Origin: a virus
Lineage: Duplodnaviria; Caudoviricetes
Virus record (IMG/VR): IMGVR_UViG_3300013006_000040
Span: 1-57,905 of that record
Reading direction: 5' to 3' (one strand)
DNA: 57,905 nucleotides
How positions within the stretch are numbered: the first letter of the stretch is position 1; every line of letters begins with the position of its first letter. This document shows, in pieces, positions 1-9,134 of this stretch. The position numbers were made by a program, and so were the translations under genes. The notes under the pieces are model-generated. The model ran no database searches, was not told the DNA's origin, and worked only from the letters and a program-made list of their open reading frames with translations.

Positions 1-246
1 AATTGCTGATGCGATGGTCTTCTTAGCGACCATGCCGACCATTTGCTCGACGAAGCCGAAGCGTTCGTTGATACCAAATTCTGATGCCTTAGCAGTCACG
101 TCGTTCTCTGCCTCGCCTACGCTGAAGCCGAGCTTTGCTAGCTGGTCTTTTACATATGATTCGTGCCTTGAGCGCGATACCATTTTGCCATCTACAAAAC
201 CCTCGAAGCGCTTTTTGGAAGAATTGAACTTGACTGCTATTTCCAT
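1..246 (-). CDS. N-terminal part of an early protein, truncated by the window edge; possibly a phage P-loop ATPase
   Basis: Not in the ORF track. ATG at 246 follows RBS AAAAGGAAACAAA and a perfect promoter, and the frame is open to base 1 (MEIAVKFNSS...INERFGFVEQMVGMVAKKTIASAI). The last segment resembles the region preceding Walker A in phage AAA proteins, but the motif itself is off-window. Confidence 0.6.
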   Translation of the reverse strand, partial: MEIAVKFNSSKKRFEGFVDGKMVSRSRHESYVKDQLAKLGFSVGEAENDVTAKASEFGINERFGFVEQMVGMVAKKTIASAI

Positions 247-276
247 TTTGTTTCCTTTTTGCTGTAACATGTATTG

Positions 277-340
277 ATTATAATGCCTTTTGACCAACCT
301 GTCAACAAATACCCTTATACCCTTACGGGTTATTGGGTTA
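277..340 (-). promoter_or_regulatory. Early sigma70 promoter cassette 1
   Basis: TTGACA (305-300), 17-nt spacer, TATAAT (282-277); ACCC/GGGT dyads at 311-338; RBS AAAAGGAAACAAAATG downstream. Confidence 0.9.
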
Positions 341-500
341 CTTCGTACCAGCCTGCTTCGCGAATAATCACCCCGCCGTCAGCGTCCAACTCAACAAATG
401 GGTGGCTGTCGCCATCAAATGTTTCCGATGAACCCTGCAAGCAAACTGATGCATCCTGGGGCATTCTTTTTAATGCTGCTATCAAATCTTTTACTGTCAT
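330..500 (-). CDS. Hypothetical early protein (MTVKDLIAALKRMPQDA...)
   Basis: Track ORF 330..575 runs through the promoter; the likely start is the ATG at 500 after RBS AAAAAGGAAACAAA. Confidence 0.75.
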   Translation of the reverse strand: MTVKDLIAALKRMPQDASVCLQGSSETFDGDSHPFVELDADGGVIIREAGWYEVTQ

Positions 501-527
501 TTTGTTTCCTTTTTCTAATATGTCTTT

Positions 528-591
528 ATTATAGCACATTTTGGACAACCTGTCAACAAATACCCTTATTTCCACAAGGGTTGTAGGGTTA
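528..591 (-). promoter_or_regulatory. Early sigma70 promoter cassette 2
   Basis: TTGACA (556-551), N17, TATAAT (533-528); ACCC/GGGT dyad at 562-589; close copy of cassettes 1 and 3. Confidence 0.9.
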
Positions 592-879
592 TTCTATTGC
601 TGCATCTGCTTGTCTCATTTCGTCAATTATGTCACCTGGGATTTTCAATTCTGCTATTACCCTTACATAGTCCTCGGTTACTTTAACTGTGTTCTCAGCG
701 CCCTGGTCTTTAATATATGCCTTTAAAACCAATGCCAAAAATGTCTTTTTCTCATTGTTATATTCCTTAAAAACAACACTGCGTCTGCTTAAATCTATAG
801 CAGATGTCTTGTCTGTATATTTTGCAAATGCGCCATATTGTTTAGCGAAATCCCGAACCTGCTGTGTGCTTAAAAACAT
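589..879 (-). CDS. Hypothetical early protein (MFLSTQQVRDFAK...)
   Basis: Track ORF 589..918; likely start at 879 after RBS AAAAAGGAAATAAA. Confidence 0.75.
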   Translation of the reverse strand: MFLSTQQVRDFAKQYGAFAKYTDKTSAIDLSRRSVVFKEYNNEKKTFLALVLKAYIKDQGAENTVKVTEDYVRVIAELKIPGDIIDEMRQADAAIE

Positions 880-906
880 TTTATTTCCTTTTTCTAATAT
901 GTCATT

Positions 907-968
907 ATTATAGCACATTTTGGATAACTTGTCAAATAGAAACCCGTTATCCTACTCAGACAACGGGT
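907..968 (-). promoter_or_regulatory. Early sigma70 promoter cassette 3
   Basis: TTGACA (935-930), N17, TATAAT (912-907); inverted repeat ACCCGTT...AACGGGT at 942-968. Confidence 0.9.
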
Positions 969-1292
969 CTTTTAAAATTGTGCAAATTGCAAATAAAGAA
1001 AGCTATTGGATTCCGGATTCCGATAGTCTCCGCCTATAATAGCAAATGCCTATAGGAAATGCTTCTGCAATAGACCGAGACTATTATAGTCTAAGGCTAT
1101 GAGGATTTGATTTTAAATTTAAAAAATTAATAATAAACTCTGGGATTCTTCACAGTATCCACACTTTTCCGCCATATAAATACCGTCTAATATAGGCTCG
1201 ATTTAGATGTTGCGATTCCGGATTCTAGCAGTATCTTATATTGCATATAACCAATATAGCCATATCTGTTCTCATCTCTTATAGCAATATCG

Positions 1293-1451
1293 TTATCCAA
1301 CTCTTCCCGCAACTCTTTTGTCCATCTCTGAGCGCAACTCTGGGGACAACTCTGAGCGGTTCCCTGTACATTGCTCTATAGGCTTCTCTACACGCTTCCC
1401 TATAGTATATCCTATAAACAACCCTATTACTATGCCTATAGCGTATTCCAT
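1293..1451 (-). CDS. Small membrane protein (52 aa) with GxxxG helix
   Basis: Below the track cutoff; translated by hand as MEYAIGIVIGLFIGYTIGKRVEKP...RVG*, with an AAGGA RBS upstream. Confidence 0.6.
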   Translation of the reverse strand: MEYAIGIVIGLFIGYTIGKRVEKPIEQCTGNRSELSPELRSEMDKRVAGRVG

Positions 1452-1454
1452 ATA

Positions 1455-2165
1455 CTATTCCTTTATGTTTCTGTATATACTGTAATAATACGTACTAAAT
1501 ACGTTATTATCTTTATCTATTCCTGTTTGATAATGCCGAACGGGATATCCGATAAATTCTTTTATTTCTTTATTGTAGATTGTGTCCGGCTTGAAGGGTA
1601 TGCAAATACTCATACGATCTGTACCCAAATCAGTTGCAAACATGAAATAATGATTCTGTTGCTGTTCTAAATATTCTGTTACGAACTGTGGTAGATGTTC
1701 GATTCCACATGATTGTGCTGTGCTATAAAGTAAACTGATATCTTTGGTTATGATACTATAATACTTTGTCATCTGTTGTCCTTTGTGGTCCGACGTCCAT
1801 TTGACAGAATTGATACACTCGTGTGGTTGCTCGGGCTCTGCCTTTTTGCTAATACGCTTTTCGAAATATAATCTGTAGACTCTGGCTTCTGTGTCCAAAG
1901 CGATCATAATGTATGTGCTGTTATTATACTGATTATAGAGCCAGTACATATACTCTACTGGAAAGCTCAGGCTACCTAGTATCTCTAATAGATGATCCAT
2001 CGGCATACTGGCCAGATCAAACTTGACCAAAATACGGCCGTTATTTGCCTGGCCGTTGTGTATCTTTACTGATTGCTCAAGACTGATGATATTGTATTGT
2101 CTGAATACTTCAGCGAAGTCAACGACATCATTGTTAACAGCAACAACTCTACTAACTGGATTCAT
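1455..2165 (-). CDS. Hypothetical protein (236 aa)
   Basis: Long ORF in operon orientation; no family recognised. Confidence 0.75.
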   Translation of the reverse strand: MNPVSRVVAVNNDVVDFAEVFRQYNIISLEQSVKIHNGQANNGRILVKFDLASMPMDHLLEILGSLSFPVEYMYWLYNQYNNSTYIMIALDTEARVYRLYFEKRISKKAEPEQPHECINSVKWTSDHKGQQMTKYYSIITKDISLLYSTAQSCGIEHLPQFVTEYLEQQQNHYFMFATDLGTDRMSICIPFKPDTIYNKEIKEFIGYPVRHYQTGIDKDNNVFSTYYYSIYRNIKE

Positions 2166-2418
2166 GCTCTAATTCTTTAGTTTTATCCGTGGATTCGTTG
2201 GGATTAATCTTTTTGAGCCATTTTGCGGGAACGTCTACATTATGACCCATTGCCCCGTATTCTGACGATATCTGTTCTTTCGAGTATACTGTCCATACTT
2301 TACCATATAGTGTATGCTCACCTTTGATCTTTACACAAGTAACGATTCTACCTATATTAATCCCCAGGGCGGATTCTATGATGATTGCCAAGCAACCGGG
2401 CTCTAGTTCGTTGCTCAA
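2152..2418 (-). CDS. Hypothetical phage protein
   Basis: Overlaps neighbours in the operon (LEPGCLAIII... motif). Confidence 0.7.
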   Translation of the reverse strand: MSNELEPGCLAIIIESALGINIGRIVTCVKIKGEHTLYGKVWTVYSKEQISSEYGAMGHNVDVPAKWLKKINPNESTDKTKELEHESS

Positions 2419-2570
2419 GTATTGTTCTCCTTGAGCTGATCCATGGTTTGTATTACTGCATCCACAATGTCAATGGCTGTGGCCACGATGTCGTCAATTT
2501 GCTCAGGTGTCAGGCCTCGCCAGGGTTGCTTATAGACTTGGATATCGTCATCGTCTTCTATGGGTGTCAT
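2415..2570 (-). CDS. Hypothetical protein (PWRGLTPEQI motif)
   Basis: Track ORF 2415..2606; likely start at MTPIEDDD (2570); ATGA overlap with the next gene. Confidence 0.6.
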   Translation of the reverse strand: MTPIEDDDDIQVYKQPWRGLTPEQIDDIVATAIDIVDAVIQTMDQLKENNT

Positions 2571-2572
2571 TT

Positions 2573-3229
2573 TTAGTTTACTCCTGATGCCAAAACAATC
2601 CGGCAAATGTGTTCAAGACGTTCAATATGTTCATATGCACGCCAAGGTGAGGTATCTATTGACACTACACCGTGACCCTTGATTCCGATTATGTCATAAC
2701 CAGTATATCCGTTATCCGCCAACTGTAGATTTTCAAAACAACGATCGGCCAGTTCCTGACTGATGGGGGCAACATCTCCCACATTGGGTGCCACTCTGGT
2801 GTATCTATTCAATTCCGGAAATGCCGCACAAACTGTACTTAGATCTATACCTTTGTGCATGGCAGCAATACAATAGGTGGGGTGTACATGAACTACCACA
2901 CGAACTTCTCCTGCATGCTGTCCCATTTCTCGTTGTAGTCCAAAGTGCAAGGGAATCTCGCCGCTGGGCGTTAGATTCTTGCTGATGTCAGTGTAAGGCA
3001 AGTCTCTCCAGTTGTAGGTATATATGCCGGTGCCGTGTCCACTGTTTATGGTTCTATCAATTGCAATCTTTTTAAACTGATCTGGCTGTAATGTTTGCTT
3101 GCGTACTCCACTGGGTGTGATATAAAAGTGGTCACGGTCATGATGACGAATACTTACATTGCCATCACGGCTGGTTATCCAATTGCGCTTATAGGCGTCT
3201 TCTAATACTTCGCAGATTGTTTCTAACAT
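2573..3229 (-). CDS. Class II aldolase/adducin family protein
   Basis: DGNVSIR, ITPSG, PSGE-x-PLH, HVHPTY and GHGVV motifs of the Zn-dependent FucA/AraD/MtnB fold. Confidence 0.9.
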   Translation of the reverse strand: MLETICEVLEDAYKRNWITSRDGNVSIRHHDRDHFYITPSGVRKQTLQPDQFKKIAIDRTINSGHGTGIYTYNWRDLPYTDISKNLTPSGEIPLHFGLQREMGQHAGEVRVVVHVHPTYCIAAMHKGIDLSTVCAAFPELNRYTRVAPNVGDVAPISQELADRCFENLQLADNGYTGYDIIGIKGHGVVSIDTSPWRAYEHIERLEHICRIVLASGVN

Positions 3230-3249
3230 TGTATTTCCTTAGGCCATTA

Positions 3250-3489
3250 CTATGGCTTTAATTTACCCATAAGTTTATGAGCCATCTCCATAGCTTTTTC
3301 TGTCTGCTCTGTCTGATGTGCTAGTCTATCTTCTAGCCATTTGATGTGTTCATCTTTATCTTTTATAATTAACTCAGCAAACTTGGATAGGTGTCGATCC
3401 GTTCCTGCAATCACACTCCATCCAAATGACTTATCCTCAAATAATCCAATTTGAGCCTGTAGAGCGAGTTGTTTAATTCGTTCGTTCAT
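3250..3489 (-). CDS. Small protein, MNERIKQLA/FAELI paralog family
   Basis: MNERIKQLALQA...SKFAELII. Confidence 0.75.
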   Translation of the reverse strand: MNERIKQLALQAQIGLFEDKSFGWSVIAGTDRHLSKFAELIIKDKDEHIKWLEDRLAHQTEQTEKAMEMAHKLMGKLKP

Positions 3490-3743
3490 TCTTTACTCCA
3501 AAATCCTTCATTCTTCACTCCGAAATGTTCTTTGATAATCTTACGATACTTAGTTTGAAACAACAGTTCTTCTGGTGTATATTGCTTGCCTAACTGCATA
3601 CGCAGGCAGTCATGCATACACTCCAACACAATTAACTCAGCGAACTTTTCCTCAAACTCATCCGAAAGACGATAGGCCCAACTACTACCCATTGGTTTGA
3701 TTCTGGCCTCATCTGCCAGCGTCTTAATTAGTTCACTATTCAT
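3486..3743 (-). CDS. Small protein, MNERIKQLA/FAELI paralog family
   Basis: MNSELIKTLADEA...EKFAELIVLEC...IKEHFGV. Confidence 0.75.
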   Translation of the reverse strand: MNSELIKTLADEARIKPMGSSWAYRLSDEFEEKFAELIVLECMHDCLRMQLGKQYTPEELLFQTKYRKIIKEHFGVKNEGFWSKE

Positions 3744-3934
3744 AAAATTTCAAAATGGTCTTTAATCCATTTGCCCCAAGGAATGCCTCTGCAATAGATA
3801 GTTTGCTTGTCAGATTCTCTGGCACATTCCTCAATAATCAACTCGGCAAACTTTTGTGCGTGATCCGCGTCCATCCATTTGCCGCTGGAATCTGTGCCGG
3901 CTTGTTTCATTAGTTGTGTAATTTGTTCGTTCAT
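3740..3934 (-). CDS. Small protein, MNERIKQLA/FAELI paralog family
   Basis: MNEQITQLMKQA...QKFAELIIEEC...IKDHF. Confidence 0.75.
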   Translation of the reverse strand: MNEQITQLMKQAGTDSSGKWMDADHAQKFAELIIEECARESDKQTIYCRGIPWGKWIKDHFEIL

Positions 3935-4617
3935 TTTCTATCACCAAATAGTGTGAGTAAATTCAAGAACAGATTAATAAAGTCCATGTACAATGTCAAT
4001 GCACCTCGCACCTCTGCCGAGTCGCTGGTTTCGAAACTAAGTTCCTCGCGAATCTTTTGCGTATCATAGGCAGTTAATCCCAAAAAGATAATGATGGCCA
4101 TTGCAGAGATTACCATTTGCATCACAGTGCTGCCAATAAAGATGTTAACGATGCTGGCAATCACAATGGCAATTAATCCCACAAACATAAACTTGCCTAC
4201 ACTATCAAGACTGCGTTTGGTAAAGTAGCCATACCCACTCATAACACCAAACAGTATTGCTGCACTCATAAAGGCACTGACAATGCTGCCCATAGCAAAT
4301 ACCGCAAAGATTGTTGCAAAGCTCAATCCCATTAGAGCAGCAAAGCTATGTAGGCATAATTGCGCTACGCTCTTACTGGGATTATTAGCCAGTACTGCGG
4401 AAATACCAAATATTGCAACAAGCGGAGCAAAGATAACAATCCATTTTGTTGCACCTGTAAAAAAGAACTGCAATAGTTCTGGTGTAGTTCCTACAAAGTA
4501 ACTGACAATACCTGATACGCCTACTGCCAAACTCATATGCCCATATACACGACTCATTGCTGAGTTGATTTCGCTAACAGAGCGATATACCATATCGCCC
4601 ATAGTTGTTCCAAACAT
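3931..4617 (-). CDS. Bax inhibitor-1/YccA family membrane protein
   Basis: About 7 hydrophobic segments; GLTAYDTQKI and GALTLYMDFINLF signature motifs. Confidence 0.92.
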   Translation of the reverse strand: MFGTTMGDMVYRSVSEINSAMSRVYGHMSLAVGVSGIVSYFVGTTPELLQFFFTGATKWIVIFAPLVAIFGISAVLANNPSKSVAQLCLHSFAALMGLSFATIFAVFAMGSIVSAFMSAAILFGVMSGYGYFTKRSLDSVGKFMFVGLIAIVIASIVNIFIGSTVMQMVISAMAIIIFLGLTAYDTQKIREELSFETSDSAEVRGALTLYMDFINLFLNLLTLFGDRK

Positions 4618-4897
4618 AACTGTCTCCTTAAACTTTTAAATGCCAAATAAACAATGCTACAAATATAGCAATGATAATCCAATCTATTTTGTTCCTGCGC
4701 TTTTGCTCACGCTCAATTACTTTACTTTTTGAGTATTGCATCACAAGTCTTTCTGGCCTCAATTATTGTGAGGTTTTTGTGATTTTCAAAACACCTATCA
4801 TACATTTGATCTCTGCCTATCTGAGTACCAAGTGCGCCGCCCACACAAGCAGTTGCTATTAACACTGCTATCGATGCTATTGCAAATTCACTATCTT

Positions 4898-5107
4898 TCA
4901 TTCTGTAACTCTAAAATGTTTTAGTACATATGTACCAGGACTTGCCCATTGATGTGCATTAATTGTTGCAATATCCGCACATTCTTTCACAATCAACTGG
5001 GCGAACTGTTCCACATCAAATTTACGATCTACCATAAATCGTTTCTGTTCATACACCTGGTGCCATGCGCCGCATTGTAGAGCGAGTTCTTCAATTTTTT
5101 TGTTCAT
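4898..5107 (-). CDS. Small protein, MNERIKQLA/FAELI paralog family
   Basis: Likely start at MNKKIEELALQ (5107); EQFAQLIVKECA...LKHF. Confidence 0.7.
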   Translation of the reverse strand: MNKKIEELALQCGAWHQVYEQKRFMVDRKFDVEQFAQLIVKECADIATINAHQWASPGTYVLKHFRVTE

Positions 5108-5379
5108 ACAAATAATGATAATAACATACCAAAACAAAATCCAAATAGAAATAGGAACACCATCAGTAGACAGAATACTGGTGCATTGTCTACAATCTCT
5201 TCCCAATCCATCATATCTTTTTCTTTGCTACTTTGACACACTCCAACGAAGTATTATACTTGGTAACAATATAATCCTTAGCATGCTCACACTGATAGAC
5301 TGTCTCATATCTAGCCAGCACAGTCTTTTGTATGGTCGTAGCACTGCCCGGATACATCAATAACATAGTTAAAACTAAA

Positions 5380-5625
5380 TCAAACATCTTGCTCTTTCAT
5401 TTCAAAGATATCTTTTATATTGGTTACCATCATATTGGTCGCCCAAGCTATGTCCGGATTCTCCCATTGCGAGACACCCATCATTGCTACTTCTGAGATG
5501 CATCGACGAACTACTAATTCACCAAACCTCTCAATGGCTTCATGCATATAACTATCCATCTCGTCCCAGCAACCCTGTGCTGTTAGACCGGAGTCATACA
5601 TTTGCTTTTCAAAATTCATTTCCAT
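5380..5625 (-). CDS. Small protein, divergent FAELI paralog
   Basis: ERFGELVVRRCI...IKDIF. Confidence 0.65.
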   Translation of the reverse strand: MEMNFEKQMYDSGLTAQGCWDEMDSYMHEAIERFGELVVRRCISEVAMMGVSQWENPDIAWATNMMVTNIKDIFEMKEQDV

Positions 5626-5900
5626 GTCCTATGCTTTTCAGCAATCCATTCATCACCATCATACTCTTCGATTTGCCATTCAACACCATCTGGTATTTCG
5701 ATAATCCTTAGATCAGCATAACTAGATGCGGCAGCATGCCCCCATTCAGTTACGATATCTACTAGATGTTGATCATCTCTAGAGATATTATAATCGAAAA
5801 AATACTGGTCTGTTACGTTGGCTCTGCGCTTATACTCAAGCAGTGCCAATTCAGATAAACCAAACCCACCGTAACAAGCATTAATTACAATCTTTGTCAT
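5616..5900 (-). CDS. Conserved hypothetical phage protein
   Basis: KIVINACYGGFGLS...IEEYDGDEWIAEKHRTW pattern typical of large phages; lies directly behind a promoter. Confidence 0.8.
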   Translation of the reverse strand: MTKIVINACYGGFGLSELALLEYKRRANVTDQYFFDYNISRDDQHLVDIVTEWGHAAASSYADLRIIEIPDGVEWQIEEYDGDEWIAEKHRTWK

Positions 5901-5923
5901 AAGTCACCTTTACTGTTTGCTAA

Positions 5924-5952
5924 ATTATAATATCTTTTAGATAGTATGTCAA
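5924..5952 (-). promoter_or_regulatory. Early sigma70 promoter
   Basis: TTGACA (5952-5947), N17, TATAAT (5929-5924). Confidence 0.88.
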
Positions 5953-6153
5953 TTAGTCTTTGTCCGTTCTTACGCAAATGTAAGCCTTCCGGGTGTCTAT
6001 GTTCTTTTTAGTCAGTCTTTTCTCTTCTCTATAGCATTCAGCAAAAGTGCTATAGTAGTCTAACGGATCATACTTAATATCGAACTTTTTAGTTACCGGA
6101 TCCTGTATCAGCATTACTGCTACTAATACTACATCTGTTAGAGGCTTGAACAT
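5953..6153 (-). CDS. Hypothetical protein
   Basis: ORF in operon, TAATG coupling with the upstream gene. Confidence 0.6.
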   Translation of the reverse strand: MFKPLTDVVLVAVMLIQDPVTKKFDIKYDPLDYYSTFAECYREEKRLTKKNIDTRKAYICVRTDKD

Positions 6154-6374
6154 TACATCACCACAAAATTACTTGCAGGCTTAGAATTCAATTTGATTTC
6201 TAAATCTCTAAGTGCTGTAGTAAGCATTTCCATTTCCATTTCTAATCTATCAAGTTGTTTCTCAAGTTGTTCTATATGTTCATATGCCTTGAACAAAGTT
6301 TCATCTCCATACTTGATTCTATCATGCAGATGCTCTACATACATCTTATTTGCTATTTCTCTTTTACGCCACAT
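6153..6374 (-). CDS. Hypothetical coiled-coil protein
   Basis: Heptad-like Leu/Glu pattern; RBS AAGGA. Confidence 0.6.
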   Translation of the reverse strand: MWRKREIANKMYVEHLHDRIKYGDETLFKAYEHIEQLEKQLDRLEMEMEMLTTALRDLEIKLNSKPASNFVVM

Positions 6375-6383
6375 ACCATTTCC

Positions 6384-6569
6384 TTATTTAACTGGTGTAT
6401 TCATCATACACTGTTGATCTTCTTTAATCCAAATCTCGCCACGCTTGATATAGTATTCACCATTGATACATGCATGGTTTGATGCAGTAGGTGTCAATAT
6501 AAAATCTAAAGACAACCAAACCCATAGTACAACTAGTACAATAACAAAGTTCTTAAGATTCATTATCAC
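6384..6569 (-). CDS. Hypothetical membrane-anchored protein
   Basis: N-terminal hydrophobic helix. Confidence 0.55.
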   Translation of the reverse strand: MIMNLKNFVIVLVVLWVWLSLDFILTPTASNHACINGEYYIKRGEIWIKEDQQCMMNTPVK

Positions 6570-6789
6570 TCCTAAAATGCTCTCGTATTTTTATTGCTAT
6601 CTTAGACTCAGGGGTGTCCCTAGGATCAGCAAGTTCGTTAACACACAAATACATACACTCATCAAGAATGTCTTGAGCAAAACGCTCCAATGACTTCTCT
6701 GTAAAGATGTAGTGTTTTTGCTCATTCTCAATGTATACATTCTTTGCCCAGATGCCTGATGCTTTAGATAGATGTTTATTCATAATCAC
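6553..6789 (-). CDS. Small protein, divergent FAELI paralog
   Basis: LERFAQDILDECM...IREHF. Confidence 0.65.
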   Translation of the reverse strand: MIMNKHLSKASGIWAKNVYIENEQKHYIFTEKSLERFAQDILDECMYLCVNELADPRDTPESKIAIKIREHFRSDNES

Positions 6790-6937
6790 ATTTCGTTACA
6801 ATAAAGATAAGATCCTACCTGACGGCAAATCGGATTCCTCATGCTGTTCATAATCTTAATCTGTTTTTCTGTCATAGCATCTGTACTAGTTTGAGCACAG
6901 CCCGTAACAAGAATTGCTATACTTATGAAGATAAATT

Positions 6938-7180
6938 TCATATGTAAAAACACTCGCCACGCTCATCCGCACCGATAGCATCATACACATACTCACGAAC
7001 AACCGTATCCATTGCCTCACCGTACATATCAGAATTACTATCTGCCAACTGTCGAAGTTCAGCAAAGGTCTCTTTCCAATTTAGTTTATGCTCTAATGCT
7101 CGTACTACAATACTGTGCACAGCCTTGTCACCTTCGGGTGAGAACATACCATAAGTGTCAACCAAATTACTTTCTATCAT
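6938..7180 (-). CDS. Hypothetical phage protein
   Basis: YGMFS-x-EGD...EAMDTVVREYVY pattern; ATGA overlap. Confidence 0.7.
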   Translation of the reverse strand: MIESNLVDTYGMFSPEGDKAVHSIVVRALEHKLNWKETFAELRQLADSNSDMYGEAMDTVVREYVYDAIGADERGECFYI

Positions 7181-7476
7181 ACTAGCTCCAATACTTTTGC
7201 GGGATAACGAACAAAGCCTTCAAAATCTAACTGACTCTTTTCAAAGTCTGTCATGTAATCATCTGCAACCACATCCCAACCTAGAATGTATTCTTCATAC
7301 ATTGGGTGATTACTTTCAATGTCGCCACGCACAGCCATCACCAATTCGGTTACCTTCGAATCGGAAACACTCTTGCCCATTGGGACAAAGTAATCCATTC
7401 CGCCTTTGAACTTCCAATAAGGTTGTTCGGCTGTACCATAGTTCTCGCGACACTGAGTCCAAATGTATAATTTCAT
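7177..7476 (-). CDS. Conserved hypothetical phage protein
   Basis: TQCRENYG...PYWKFKGG...TDFEKSQL pattern; AAGGA RBS. Confidence 0.75.
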   Translation of the reverse strand: MKLYIWTQCRENYGTAEQPYWKFKGGMDYFVPMGKSVSDSKVTELVMAVRGDIESNHPMYEEYILGWDVVADDYMTDFEKSQLDFEGFVRYPAKVLELV

Positions 7477-7488
7477 ATTGCTTCCTTA

Positions 7489-7671
7489 TTAAGCACCACT
7501 CATGCTAGACATACCTTCACACTCCCAATCACAACCATTCTCGATGGTGCGATGGATTTCCAAATTGTCAAACAATTCATTTTCCTCGAGCAGTACCGCT
7601 GCCTCATCCTCATCTTCAGCACGCACAAATACTGTCTCAACTACAACACGTCTAAAAACAAATTCTTTCAT
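7489..7671 (-). CDS. Hypothetical acidic protein
   Basis: ORF in operon, ATGA overlap. Confidence 0.6.
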   Translation of the reverse strand: MKEFVFRRVVVETVFVRAEDEDEAAVLLEENELFDNLEIHRTIENGCDWECEGMSSMSGA

Positions 7672-7946
7672 ACTGCGTGTACCTTTCTAGAGTTAGATTG
7701 TAACAATTTGTCTTCCATCATTTCTGATAAGATGAACTTTGCTATGTTCAATTGCTTGCGAACATATTCGTTGGAGTTAGGCGAGGGGATAGAAGAACTA
7801 TTCATTGACATCATCTCTTGTGCATCGCTTAGCACACCCATCACAACCATTTCCATGCCTGTCAACTCTGCTGTCAAAGATTGCATGTACTGAGTCTTGA
7901 TATCTTCAATGCTGATACCAAACATTTTTTGCTCGCGTTCTGTCAT
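7668..7946 (-). CDS. Hypothetical early protein (MTEREQKMFG...)
   Basis: Track ORF 7668..7997 overlaps the promoter; likely start at 7946 after AAAAAGGAACAATAT. Confidence 0.7.
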   Translation of the reverse strand: MTEREQKMFGISIEDIKTQYMQSLTAELTGMEMVVMGVLSDAQEMMSMNSSSIPSPNSNEYVRKQLNIAKFILSEMMEDKLLQSNSRKVHAV

Positions 7947-7976
7947 ATATTGTTCCTTTTTGCTGTTCATGTCATA

Positions 7977-8061
7977 ATTATAACACCTTTTGAACAACCG
8001 GTCAAGAGAAACCCTGCACAGAGCAGGGTTACTAAAAGGTAATAAAAAGGTTTTACCTTTT
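7977..8061 (-). promoter_or_regulatory. Early promoter cassette with two hairpins
   Basis: TTGACC (8005-8000), N17, TATAAT (7982-7977); AACCCTGC-N5-GCAGGGTT followed by AAAAGGTAA-N10-TTACCTTTT. Confidence 0.88.
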
Positions 8062-8263
8062 AGATGTACATATCTATGCGAGTTCCTTTGGCTTTTATGG
8101 ACATTATAAACGCTCTTTGGTTGTATAATCTCTCTACAACTATATTCTCAAAACGCTTGTTGTCGTATGCTAGTTTTTCGAGCGCTGTCGTTTCATTAAA
8201 CTGATTCTTTACTTGTATGCGCTGTATATCTTTAAGGGCAAACTCAGCAGGAGTAATTCTCAT
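8060..8263 (-). CDS. Hypothetical protein
   Basis: ORF with AAAGGT RBS. Confidence 0.6.
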   Translation of the reverse strand: MRITPAEFALKDIQRIQVKNQFNETTALEKLAYDNKRFENIVVERLYNQRAFIMSIKAKGTRIDMYI

Positions 8264-8523
8264 GATAATATACCTTTAATTACATCCATGGCAAACTTTA
8301 CTGTGTCTATGTCAATATTAAGTTTATTTGCAATTTCAAAAGCATTCCAGTGCCTATCCATAAGCTCTCTGACTTGATTTATGATCGACCTATGCATAGA
8401 CATCCTTTAGTTAGTTATACCAACCCCTTAACGATATATATGTTCCGTCGGTGTATTCTGCTTCTATAGAGAATGCACAAAGGCATAAAAGATAGATAGC
8501 TATCCATAACAAAGATCTAAACA

Positions 8524-8730
8524 TTACATCTCACCCGCTTGCTGTTGTCGAATATACTCTCCATATAAACGATTGTATGCTTGTCGTATTTCATTGGGCA
8601 ATTTAGTTGCATCCCAGGGTGACTGAGGATCATCTTCTTTTCGGATTTGATCTGCAACTGCATTTGCCAATGCTCTAGATAACGTAATCTCTCGTATGTA
8701 GCCTACAGGTGCTACTTCAAAATCATTCAT
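8524..8730 (-). CDS. Hypothetical protein
   Basis: ORF with GAGGAAG RBS. Confidence 0.6.
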   Translation of the reverse strand: MNDFEVAPVGYIREITLSRALANAVADQIRKEDDPQSPWDATKLPNEIRQAYNRLYGEYIRQQQAGEM

Positions 8731-9133
8731 ACTCTTCCTCCTCTGTGGGATCTGTTTCTATTACTATATGACCAAATTGTATTAGACCTTCCCAACCTGG
8801 TTCACCTCTGCCTCCACCCGTCACGAAATCTGTATCAAAATCTTGTATAGCTCCCAAGTCTAATAAGTTATCATACTTATTGGCTTTGATGTCCTCTATA
8901 CGAATACAACCAATTGATCCTGAATCTACACTATATGAAAAACCATAATGATCATAGTATGTTCCATCACCATATGCTGTACTGTACATTGCAAATTTAC
9001 GACCATCTTTTAATTGAAATTCACCTTCAATGAGTCGGCTACCCTGAATGGTTACGTCACATACTTCTAGCCATTCCTCATTTGTCATTACATAACATAA
9101 GTCACCAATAAAGTATTCACCTGCGGGCATCAT
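8723..9133 (-). CDS. Conserved hypothetical phage protein
   Basis: YFIGDLCYV...TAYGDGTY...VDSGSIGC pattern. Confidence 0.75.
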   Translation of the reverse strand: MMPAGEYFIGDLCYVMTNEEWLEVCDVTIQGSRLIEGEFQLKDGRKFAMYSTAYGDGTYYDHYGFSYSVDSGSIGCIRIEDIKANKYDNLLDLGAIQDFDTDFVTGGGRGEPGWEGLIQFGHIVIETDPTEEEEYE

Positions 9134-9134
9134 A

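Noticed and set aside
244-968. Three spaced repeats suggesting a CRISPR-like array
   Set aside because: The repeats are promoter/RBS units and the spacers are 170-290-bp genes; no cas genes are present.
1156-1164. GTATCCACA, a DnaA-box-like 9-mer
   Set aside because: Single imperfect copy, expected by chance.
1261-1455. About 12-bp periodic CTATA/CAACTCT pattern that looked like iterons or a mini-array
   Set aside because: Largely explained by a 52-aa minus-strand ORF with 4-residue periodicity (IGIVIGLFIGYTIG, SELSPELRSE).
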